Below, piece by piece: positions 52,801-63,810 of a stretch of DNA of 64,000 bases. The notes below the pieces were generated by a model. That model was not told the origin of the DNA and did not search any database. It saw only the letters and a program-made list of their open reading frames with translations. The position numbers and the translations under genes were made by a program. Each line of letters opens with the position of its first letter. The stretch's first letter is position 1. This DNA is from Balanoglossus misakiensis (lineage: Eukaryota; Animalia; Hemichordata), in contig CM082579.2 of NCBI GenBank assembly GCA_040954595.2, positions 7,615,625 through 7,679,624 of the forward strand, read 5' to 3'.

Positions 52801-55239
52801 ATCTCGTAAGTGCCGTGCAGCTCTATAATCATGCCCTGTGGGTAGGAACAGTCGACGATGGCGTAAGCAACTGATGAAATCTTTACCTGCGACTTATTTC
52901 TGTTTCGAGGGATCTTGAGTAATTGGCTTGTAGCGACCGCCTGGTCCGTGAAATGCCGATGAAAAAACGACACAGAGATATTCTGTTGGATATAATGAAC
53001 AAGTTGTGCTCGGACAGAACATTTCAATTTCACGCAGTTAAAACTGAAAAGAGACTTGTGTCAAAGATTGCATGAAACTCAGGCACCTGTAGAGGCAGAA
53101 ATGAGTTTGTACTAAGTCCCTCTCCCAGCAATTTAGCTTTGTTTTTTTTGTGATGGTTATTTTTGCAGAGTTTGTACTAAAATAAAACCATGGTGGCATG
53201 GCTAAATGCCAATAAATACTGCTGTAATTATCATCGAACATTAGATATTGAAACTCAGTGTCCAGCATGTTCTGTTTGGGTGAATTCTGGACCACGACTC
53301 AGAAGACAGAAAAACTGATCAATGCCTTCACAGGGAATAACGCAGGTTTCTTTGGAAAGGTTAATAGTTCATTAGCTGCTCACAGGCCTCGAGGAGAGCT
53401 TTTTATACCCGTCTGTGTCACAGGAAGATTTACACAGCAGTATTGCCGTAATGTTGCAACAGTGCATCGTATAATACAGTTCCTGAGGAGCGTTGTCGAA
53501 ATAACACAGAGTGCTTGTTTGTACATCAGCTATTGATGAGTCCCGGTATCTGTATTAAGAAGCTATTACTCAATAAGTAAGGTATCAGGTTCTTATTTTA
53601 GAACTGTACGTAGATAACTTTCACCTTTCCGTAAAGCTGTACAGCATTTTGTCTGAAAGGGTGTGATTTGCTGAGTAAATGGCGTCTCCGTGTTCAAAAT
53701 CCTCTGGTTAAGAAGATTTAAGAAGGCTGTCTGTGAAACGATAAAACTGTAAAGCCTCTCGGTGCCAGTGACAAAGTAACAAAGTAACTGAAATACACAG
53801 TTGTCTACGCTGGGACTTGTGTCGTTCCTGTATACATAGGTACGTGACACGAGTGCGCTGATTGGTGGAATGGGGGTGTCATTAGGTCTTCTTGCCGCCC
53901 TGCGTACTGGTCAAAGTTGACTGTTTTGTGACGAGTCCCTTTAACCATTCTTGTCTTGTCAATGTGTCTTGATTGTCCCTTTAAACATTCTTTTCTTTTC
54001 ACACAGAAATATCAACTGAATCATGAGCGTTGAATCATTGAATGTTAGTGCAGAAGTGAATATAATGGAAGGTGCTAGCAGTTTGAAGCACCCTGAAAGT
54101 TGCAATTTGAATTAGGCTCATTCGTGACAGGATTTTTGTATGCCGTAGTTTTTGGGTGCTTTATGTTAGAAGTACCGGAAAGATGTTTGTGGGGGTCGCG
54201 TTTTAAAGATGCAATTTCTGAAGTAGAGAAATTTGAATAGCTTTGGGTTGTGCAGGTTTTGCTGTATGGACGTACCAATCAATCTAAAAGGAGTGTGTGT
54301 GTAGCTGTCGAGGAGATCTGTGTATAATTTTCCAAAGCATTCAGTCATTTTGAGAAGAGAAAGTCAAGCACTCGAAGCGGGGAGTCTGAGAGATCACCAC
54401 AAGCACTTAATGTAACATTTCTTTGAAGTTCCCCCCCCCCCCTTGCCTCTCGCACAAGAGTCTGATTGATTCGTGGTTCACTACAGGTTGACAAATGAGA
54501 ATAATAAGAGAGTGATGAAATAACACACATCTGAAGTCATTCCTGTTAGAAAAGAACTAGTTTCTCCTTGAAAATGGGACACGTAACCTTGTCACCTGAA
54601 TTTATGTGTAAGGCAGTTAAAGTGTCAGGTGGGCACTGTTTTTACCTGAAGCGAAAATCCTTTCTGTCGAACAAGATTTTATGTCTCAGAAGAGGAGAGT
54701 GGACCGACAGAGTGAGCCTTCAGGTTTTAATGCAACAATTTGTACTTCAGTCAGTAAATTTCATTTGACTGAGAGATTCACAGAGATATAAAGTCGTAGT
54801 ATCATACTTCTTATTGGTAATTGTTTTGTTGGGTTTACTTTAATCCAGCGTAATTTGATAGCCGGGATGATGTCACAAAGTGGAGAAATGACGTAGAAGA
54901 TCAGTAATGGTACGGTAACAGTATATAATGCTGAAAGCAATAATTCTTCCTGCAGACCCTCACTCCTTATTGCAATCGCAAGATCCATGCGTTAGCCATC
55001 ATCTGTTTAAATCTTGTGTCTAGACGCCACTAATTTGATAATCTGTCATCCGCTTATGTCTATGGGGCACAATTTCCCATCTAGGAAATGCAAGCAAATG
55101 ATTTGTGTATCAATTTAGTCAAAAAAGAGTTAGTCAGTCAAATTGTGTTGATTTAGTATTGATGTAAGGTAGCCAGACGGCTTAGCTGGGATTGGGAGCT
55201 ATCTGAAAATAGGTTATGCTCACTCTTAGAATGTTTTTG

Positions 55240-55420
55240 TGAATTCATGTGAGTGAATGTAAATGTGAGAGTGAAAGCAAATATGAATGTGAATGGGAAA
55301 GTCTGTATTCTAAAGGGTTGATTGAGTCTATCGTCACACAGGTGATTGTGAAAGGGAATGTGAAAGTGAATGTGAGTCTGAATGTGAATAAAAGTGATTT
55401 TGAGAGGGAATGTGAAAGTT
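55240..55420. repeat. Degenerate (GTGAAT)n-like low-complexity repeat
   Basis: Repeated gtgaat/gtgaaa/gtgaga hexamers. Confidence 0.6.
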
Positions 55421-57550
55421 AGTGTATATCATCAGGTATTTGTGGCGAGCAGCCAAGCCATTCACCAGCTCTGTATGCCACAGAATTTACAAGGGAAAGA
55501 ATGTAACACTAGGTCTGCAGAGGTGTCCGGAGAATTAGCTAAACAGAATGACAATAATAGACCGGGACACCTTTCCTGTTGATAGCCATCATAAAATTGC
55601 CTTCTCTCAGACACACGCGCCGAGGCCTGCACGTCTAGCCCTTTATAGCTGTGGGTCTTTGCTTAATAAAGAAGAAAAAAGTGGCAGAGACATAGAAAGC
55701 AATTTCAAGTGAGTCGATGGGACTCTCCACGGACGGCCAGGAAATGAGATCTATCAACCGGGTGATCAGTTGAGCATAAGTAAGGAGTCTTTGAGAGTGA
55801 TGTCCTGTGCTGCTCCGAATCCTCTCAGAAGACGGTTTCTTTTTCAGCAGATTGTCGTCGGGATTAGATTTTGTAATATTGTCAGGTTCCGAGTCTGATT
55901 GCAGTGGCTTTCCTAATTCGTGCGAGTGTGTTCAATTTCTGTGAGCTGCAGTATTCATGGACTATTAATTATATATATCTTGTCTCTCTGCTGATGGTAT
56001 TGGAAAGGTGTAGTCCTGTCGGGAACACGCGTAGGGTCTTGTGAAAATTCCCAGCGGGGGAGAAATCACAGCTGACGCACTGAATTCTGAATGCAGTCAG
56101 ACATTTGCTATCTTTTGATGTTGTTTTCAGCCCATGTGAAGTTGTCTGCGTCATTACGCTGCCAAAGTTTGACTTTCCTCCAGGATGTACTCATTCTAGT
56201 CTTAGTTGAAACAGTGACTCACAACTCAGCAGAATCATAACTGCGCCAGAGATGGAATTAGAAGCAAAATTGATCGGCCAAACACATTGCGTCTAAACTC
56301 AGTCAGTGCCCTGGCAGGCAGTAATCCCTGCAGATGCACAGCATATCGATGGCTCTATTCGCGATAGACGCACATTGTATGGCGTATCGATGGCCATTCA
56401 TCCCCCGTTTCAGCTGAGCCGTATCATCTGCGCCACTCCACTGCGTGCCGCGCGTCAATACCCTCCACTCACCGGCAACCCGCTTTTAGATTAGGATCAA
56501 TATTATCGACACGGAGTAAAAAAATGCATCAATATGTGGCGTGCGTTCCATCTCAAGATGATGTGAATTACGCGGCGGGGATCGATGTAAACGGGGAGTG
56601 AATTTGGCGGTCGGGGTAGAATACGCGTTTTGATAAAAGTTTGATGGCCTGTAATGGAAGGGGTCAAACGGAATTCTCAGGTGGTCGGTCTAGTCTCTAA
56701 AGTAGTCTGATGTACTGGAAGCGAGAGAAAGACGCGAGATTGATGGCGTCATTCTTAGTCAATTATCTGTAGGGTGATAGTTTCGTGTGACATTGGAGTC
56801 TGGGCATAGGTGGACGTCCACCACTATCCTCTTAAGAGGTCATTGAGGAACACTTAGCAGAAGTTGTTTGCCTCGCTTAACAAACATTTAGTTGCCAGGG
56901 ACTTGGAAATGCTGTTGCAGTTTTTTCCACCATATAATACATGTATGTCATATTTCTGAATTATTGTGCCTGTGTTTGAAGGGCTGGATGAAAGTAACAT
57001 CTGTTCGTTGCAGTTTGGAAACTATCAAATGCAAGCAGAGCAGTGCAGTGTGCAGAGAAATCTTCTTTTTTTAAAAGAGAGGAACCCTAAGCCTTATTAT
57101 TTAGGCAGTCAATATCACTGTTGTGAACTGCGATGCTGTGTCAGCCAAAATTCAGTTGACTTCCAGAGGGCGCTGTTGTCAATCACTGAACGAAATCTGT
57201 ATCTTAGTATACTCGTGCATGTAAAAATCTGCTGATAACGCTGAGATTCCCATGTAAGCTACAACCATTTAGCAAAGTGTCTATAGTAGTTAAAGTTTCT
57301 ATAGTGTACTGTTATGATGCCTTGTATTTGCTTTGTCCTTCTGGATTGAATCTTGACCTCCATGATACAAAAGTGTTATTTACAAACTTTTTCATATACA
57401 GCACTACCATTATAATACTGCCCTTTTCATCCAAGCAGCATTAAATTTCATGATAATGTTAAGCAGTTACAGCTGTTTTTATTCAATCATCACTGTCAAG
57501 CCAGGATGAACTATAAAATTAACATTATTATGTCCTGTTTGTTTTTGTAG

Positions 57551-57969
57551 GCATCAAGACATTCTTCATTGCGTCCCGTGCCAAACAGAGGGGCACTCCG
57601 GATCATGAAGCACTGCGACAGAAGGCGTATCTCGACAAACCTGAAAATGTGGACTCGACAAGCAACGCCAATATCACTGAAGAGGAAGAGGATGACGAGA
57701 AGCTCATTGAAGAGGCAGATTGTCCCGCGAAAGATGGTGAGAATCCTGGTGAAGGTCAAGGTCAAGGTCAAGGTGACGGTGACGGAAAAGACGTCGACAC
57801 TGTTCAGGATGGAGATTCTGACAAAGCAGGAAGCACTTCGTCGCTTTGCGATAGTCGGAGCACGTCGCCCAAACTGAGCAGCAGCACGGGGACGTCGCCG
57901 AAGCGAGGCGCTGGTGACGAAATGAAGAAACCAAAGAAAACTGGCAGCAGCAACCACATGGAATTGCAG
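57551..57969 (+). CDS. ADCY9: ADCY9 second coding exon (end of C1a, acidic low-complexity C1b)
   Basis: Acceptor gtttttgTAG ending 57550; phase 1 gives G-IKTFFIASR (compare AC9 GLKTYLIS), in frame with ORF 57649; donor CAG|GTAAGG at 57970. Confidence 0.92.
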
Positions 57970-58214
57970 GTAAGGGACTGGTCAATTTCTTCGGCCTGGG
58001 GGGGGGGGTGTCTGTTTAGGAATTGTGTGATGGCGGGGGGGGGGGGGGGGGATGAGGGGGGAAGGTGTCAGTCACTTTTTGATATCCACAAATTGGCGTA
58101 GAACCCAAAGCTGGCAAATATATAAAAAAATCAACCTTGCCGAACTTCCCCTTTAAGGTCAAGATTCAAGTCTACCGGAGTCTCACCTATTGATTGAATG
58201 ATTCTTTCTTCTAG

Positions 58215-60050
58215 GAGATGGGTGAGCACAAACAGGTGACACTGCTGAAGCCAGAGAATGGCAGCCTAGGACCAAGTCGCACCCCGTCGGTCATGGACAT
58301 GCTGGCGGAGAGACCGACCGAGACCGAGCAGCACGTGCAGTTTCCCAACAACATCATCAGGAGGCACAATGTTAACCGTCAGTCGGACAAGCACATTGTC
58401 AAGTGCATCCAGGAGGACGCCAGCAACCAGGAGTATTTCTTCAAGCCCCCCATTCGCAACTTGACCCTGAACTTCAAGGACCTCAACGTGGAGCATCTGT
58501 ATCGGTCCCAGTACGAGCCGCAGCGGTGCTGCTCTGGGAACAGAGAGACAATATCCTCGCCCAAGTGCAACACGGCGTTCGACGTGGCGTTGGCGTTCGT
58601 GGTCTACACGTTGATGTCCATCGGGTGTTTCTTGGTGTTCGAGCGGGAGACGCCGTGGCTGGTGTTCTTCCCGATCACCTGGCTGCTGGAGGTGGTCATC
58701 CTGATGGTGGTGGTGCGGGACGCCCTCTACTCGGGCCACATCCTGACGTGCACGGACAAGGTGATGATGTTCTTCGGCCGCTGGTACCCCCGCCACATCC
58801 TGGGCGTGCTGCTGATCAGCCTGCCCGTGCTGGCCGTCTACGCCAACTTCATCTGCCCCGACCCGCAGATGGAGGAGCAGAGCCGCTTCTACTGCTACAT
58901 GCTGATCGTGGCGCTGCTGCACTTCTGCAACTTCGTGCAGCTCAGCTCCTGGATGAAGAGCATCCTGGCCATTCTCAGCGGCACCGTCCTCCTCATCTTG
59001 CTGAACGTCCAAGTGTGCAGCCGCAGCGGCGACAACACCGGCGTTCTCCCGCCGCTGCCCGACAACGCCAACGCCAGCGAGTTCAACCTCACCGGCTACC
59101 TGCTGAGCAACGACAGCGACGGCGGCAGCATGGACTGGATCCCGCTGGGGCCCTCCAGCATTTTCTCAGGTACAAACGAACTTGGCAACGAGATGATCCT
59201 GGACGTCTTGCTCCTGCTGATCTTGGTGTGGTTCCTCAACCGGGAGTTTGAGATCTCCTACCGGCTGAACTTCAACGGGGACATTGAGGCCACCGACGAC
59301 ACGCAGAAAATCCAAGTTCTGAAGGAGCAAGCCGATTGGCTCCTCCACAACATCATCCCGCAGCACGTGTCGGAACAGTTGAAAAACGTCTCCATGTACT
59401 CCAAGAACCACGGGGACGTGGGCGTCATCTTCTGCAGCATCATCAACTTCAACGAATTCTACGAGGAAAACTATGCAGGGGGCAAAGAGTGCATCCGCGT
59501 ACTCAACGAACTCATCTGCGACTTTGACCAGTTGCTGGAGCGCAAGAAGTACAGCGTCACCATCGAAAAGATCAAGACCATCGGCAGCACGTTCATGGCC
59601 GCCTCTGGACTGTGCCCCACCGACTCCAGGTGCAGCCAGAACCCCTACCTTCACCTGCTGGTGCTCATGGAGTTCGCCGGCGACATGATCAACACCGTGC
59701 AGCAGTTCAACGAGGAGGTGCTCAACATGACCATGAAGGCGTTCAACTTCATCCTGCGGATAGGCTACAACCACGGCGAGGTCACGGCTGGGGTCATCGG
59801 CACCACCAAGCTGCTGTACGACATCTGGGGCGACACGGTCAACATTGCCAGCCGCATGGACTCCACGGGCGTCCCGGGGAGGATACAGGTCAGCGAGACG
59901 TCGCACGCGGTGCTCAGTCCGTTCTACGAGTTCGAGGAGCGCGGCAAGACCTTCGTGAAGGGCAAGGGGGAAATGATGACATATCTACTTAAGGGCAAGA
60001 GAGAGGAGGCATCTTGTCAGAATTCAAACAATGAGGAATTACAGAGCTGA
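58215..60050 (+). CDS. ADCY9: ADCY9 last coding exon (M2 transmembrane cluster and C2a catalytic domain)
   Basis: Acceptor ttctttcttcTAG ending 58214; AC9-typical FLNREFEISYRL and QADWLLHNIIP; C2a motifs EKIKTIGSTFMAASG and AGVIGTTKLLYDIWGDTVNIASRMDSTG; TGA at 60048-60050. Confidence 0.95.
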   Translation, partial: EMGEHKQVTLLKPENGSLGPSRTPSVMDMLAERPTETEQHVQFPNNIIRRHNVNRQSDKHIVKCIQEDASNQEYFFKPPIRNLTLNFKDLNVEHLYRSQYEPQRCCSGNRETISSPKCNTAFDVALAFVVYTLMSIGCFLVFERETPWLVFFPITWLLEVVILMVVVRDALYSGHILTCTDKVMMFFGRWYPRHILGVLLISLPVLAVYANFICPDPQMEEQSRFYCYMLIVALLHFCNFVQLSSWMKSILAILSGTVLLILLNVQVCSRSGDNTGVLPPLPDNANASEFNLTGYLLSNDSDGGSMDWIPLGPSSIFSGTNELGNEMILDVLLLLILVWFLNREFEISYRLNFNGDIEATDDTQKIQVLKEQADWLLHNIIPQHVSEQLKNVSMYSKNHGDVGVIFCSIINFNEFYEENYAGGKECIRVLNELICDFDQLLERKKYSVTIEKIKTIGSTFMAASGLCPTDSRCSQNPYLHLLVLMEFAGDMINTVQQFNEEVLNMTMKAFNFILRIGYNHGEVTAGVIGTTKLLYDIWGDTVNIASRMDSTGVPGRIQVSETSHAVLSPFYEFEERGKTFVKGKGEMMTYLLKGKREEASCQNSNNEELQS

Positions 60051-63000
60051 ATTGCGTCAGTTTGAGTGATGATGGGAGTGGTGTACATGTGTTGTCTGTG
60101 CATTAGACACATTATTTCTTGTGGTATTTCACCCCACTCCCCCAGTATGTATGTACGAGTAATTTTTTCCATGTCACAACCATCAATACTTGATTACCTG
60201 TACATACAAATGAACAGAGCATTCAGATGTAATAGAGTGGTGTGGCCATTCTTCGGGTTTTAAAGTTTGGAAAACTCGAGGTGAAATGAAGGAATGATAG
60301 TTGCTTAACAATTAGATACTAGCAAGTAGTTTCCAATTAGCTTTGCATATTTTACTGGCAGATGTGTTCTTTATTCTTCACTAACAATGCAAAAATCTAT
60401 GAGGTTGACAGGATATGCATAAAAATGCAAACTACAGTGTGCTGATACTAGTCGTACTTCACAGATTCTGTCACAAAAAATGTATTTTCAGACCAAATTT
60501 TTTGGGGAGATAAACATCAATTATACAAGGTTATTTTTATTGTTTGATTGTAACTATTTACAACCACTAGCACAGTATTATATCATGCAGGTCCTGCTTT
60601 ACAGACAGATCTCGGCTTTGTCAGTCATGTGACACATTGGGCCAATCACGTATGGCTAATGGATTGTAAAAAATTAGCATATTGGCAGCACTTTTGTCTT
60701 ATCACAGAATCTAACATTCTCACCGTTTTCCCACACTTTTGGTCACAAGGAGAAATTTCAATGTCATATTTCAAGAATGTAGAGCAGAATTCACTTTATT
60801 TTATTTATTAAATTATCAAGTTCCAAAGCACAGCTGTTGTCTGTCAGTGTCAAAATCCGCTGCTCTGACCTGACTACAAAAGACAATTTGATTTTAAACC
60901 AAAGTCACAGTGGCGAATGCTGTCATTGCCAAATGAAACAGTCCGGTCTCATTCTATCACATGAGTTGAAAGGGATTGGCATGCAAGTCTAGACCAACTC
61001 GACTGATCCGAATAGGTATTTTGCAAATTTGGATGTCTTTCTGGAAAACTGTTCTTTGAGATGTAACGTAAAAATGTGTGCCAGTTGTTTTCCTGTAAAC
61101 TGGTGCGTCATGTTCAAATTCAGATATTTCACTAGGATTCCTCGGTTGTATCTTAGATGTTATAGAAAAATAGAATTCCTATCAATATTTTCTGTTTGTT
61201 TTTTGAGTGAACGTGAATATGAGGTTTTGATGAGCAGTTTTGTGTGCTGGTATCCGTTACTGTTGTTATTTTTATATGAAAATTTCCAGATCATCACTTT
61301 GAGTTTGTGATTGGAATTATTGGGTTTGCCAGTGTTAGTCTAGAAAAAAAAACATGAGTCTTGATTCTAGACCAACCAGTTGTGAGATAAATTTGCTGAA
61401 ATAACTAACAGGAGGCTGACTAATTACGAGGATGTCCACAGTTGATGTGTGTTTGGGTCTCTGATTCAGTGCACGTGTAGTTGCATACAGGAATACGTTA
61501 CGGTCCAAAATGGCTACTGCATTGAATCTCCATGTAAATATGGTTTCCCTGGTGATGACCCCCAATCCAATATGGCCACCACATGCTGTCCAGAACTGTC
61601 AGATAGGGTTGCGCTATATCTGTAGGCTTCAGCCTATGCTTGGAAAGACTAAGTATACTAAAATTTTGTGATCCAGTCCAGTATTCCAACATAGACTACA
61701 TCTATCACAAGAAAGTGTATCACACCATTGTCATGAACGTTCCACGTGTTAATGGTCTTCCACAAAAAGAAACCTGAACTCAATATTCAATTTAGGAGGC
61801 ATTTTTTATGCTTTGATGATATTGGTATCACAAAATGGACATTATAGCCACACTGCTCAGCCCAGTGACAGTTGAATGAAATTATTTAGTGTTTGTAGTA
61901 TAAGATTTGTCAATATAAAGGGAACATTCAAATGTACAGAATGATAATAAACTATTACTATTATACACTTGGAGAAATAATGTGAATGCCGAAGTGTTTT
62001 TGTATAAAATCTCATGTTTTACTTGCCTGTCACGAAATATTATACATCAGATAAATTTTAATGTACATAAAACTTCCACACACTGTTTCAGCACACATTG
62101 ATGTTAGATGATGAGTATACATATCTTTATGTTCACACCTATATACAAGTACGTTCAGTGGTTTGACCCACCATGTGATAAATATATAAGGTTATTCCAA
62201 ACACATGTTTGTGGGGGTGTGTGGGTGGCTTGACTTGCCAGTTTTTAGTAAAGAGGTATTAGTATGTAGTGTGTTGGGATTTGCAGGGTTTTTTTCTGCC
62301 AAGAAACATGATTGCATGGGTTTGGCCAAACAGTGACGTTTGTGACTGAGGGCACTTTGTGAAATTGTTGCTGTTTGTTTGGTGACGTGTTACTTGTTGA
62401 AAACCTAAATACCACTCAGTGAATCATCTTAACAGGGGCCATCTTCTGCAAGGACTATGGTGATTGGTCCAAATCCCGGGGTCCAAATTCCATCTTGTGA
62501 TGTTCATATCACGAAATGTTACATGCTGATCTCATCTGAAGGTACAGGATGTTGTGTAGCAGTCATTATCAAAATTAAGACATTTCAGAATGACCAAAAC
62601 CAGTGTATTTGTTGTGCAAAAAGGGGGAAAACACTATAAAATCTCGCTAAGATTTTATGACTAAAGGAAAAGACATACATGATAATTTTCACATCTACAC
62701 ATTACATTTTATTTTTAAAAACATCTTCACATTACATCAGTATTTGCACCTGATATATTTGGGTTTCAGGACCACAATCTTCTAATTGCTGAAAACTATC
62801 TGTCAAACATATGGCTCACAGTGAGTACATTTCAAGTGTGACCAAAACATTGAAAGTGTCTCGAAAACTTGTACAGATTATTGAAACTTAATTTGAGAGT
62901 ATCAATTTTTATTTTCAGTGTATCTGAATAAAATTACTAAGGATTTGTTTGGCATTATCAATAAAGTGTAAGGTATACTGGCATCTAGTATACTATGTAA

Positions 63001-63591
63001 GTTTACACGTTTTGAATCTGTAGAGAAGTCTTGTATTTGTATTTGTACTGTACTATATGATTCATGAACATGTATTTGATGGATTACACACCTCTTTGAT
63101 CTAATTGGCCACTTGAGAGTGATGTATTTATTCAGCGCATGCTATTGGCCAGTTGTTTTGTGATGTCAGAGATTTCCTGCATTTCCATTGGCCGTCTGGC
63201 AATATCTTGAAGAATTCAAATATGTGTACAGGACTCAATGAATGTGCACATGTTGACTGTATTTTCGGAGATTAAAAAATATTAAAGTTGGGGGGAGTGG
63301 TCTGTGAATTCCATAGATAGTATTACCACAGTCTGTATTGTAATCTCACATTGTATAAACTTTAAATTTTAATGTTTTCTTTTCTATTACATGACAGATC
63401 TTGAAACATTAGTGTAAACTTAAGAAATTTCTCCTGTTTTAATTTTTTGTACAAAGTAGTTGTGTAGTGTAGCATAATTTTATGATTATCAATTTTTTGT
63501 TTCACCGACTCATTCTTGATTATTTTGGAAGGATATAAATTTTTACTCCAGCCCCACCTTCTGTATTCAGTGTAACAATAACCATCTTGCA

Positions 63592-63652
63592 TGTACAAAT
63601 AAAGTCTAGCGCACATCACTGACTTCCTTGTGGCTTGTGTTGTCTGTCTTTG
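63592..63652 (+). terminator. Candidate ADCY9 polyadenylation site (TGTA, AATAAA 63598-63603, downstream GT-rich element)
   Basis: Canonical arrangement. Alternative AATAAA hexamers at 62927 and 62960. Implies a 3'UTR of about 3-3.5 kb. Confidence 0.45.
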
Positions 63653-63714
63653 ATTGGCTAGGGTTCCAGAATTGAGCCTTTGTCAACCAATGAGATTTTG
63701 TTTTACATTTACAT

Positions 63715-63810
63715 TATCTATCTATCTATCTATCTATCTAAAAAACACACTGTTTGTGGTTTTTTAGATATATAGATATTCAATGTGTGAATATCTATCT
63801 ATCTAAAAAA
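63715..63810. repeat. (TATC)n microsatellite followed by a 23-bp near-perfect hairpin
   Basis: (TATC)n at about 63715-63740; arms 63760-63782 and 63788-63810 pair with one mismatch around a 5-nt loop. Confidence 0.85.

Larger units (their letters stand above)
18965..60050 (+). other. ADCY9: ADCY9 gene span, 3 coding exons, 3768 nt CDS / 1255 aa; introns 20478..57550 (37,073 bp) and 57970..58214 (245 bp)
   Basis: Exons join in frame (phase 1, then phase 0) and give the full N-M1-C1a-C1b-M2-C2a architecture. Confidence 0.92.

Noticed and set aside
20700-57500. Numerous 60-140 aa ORFs inside the large intron (possible nested gene or transposase)
   Set aside because: Random-like composition; no RT, transposase or other domain motifs and no coherent exon chain.
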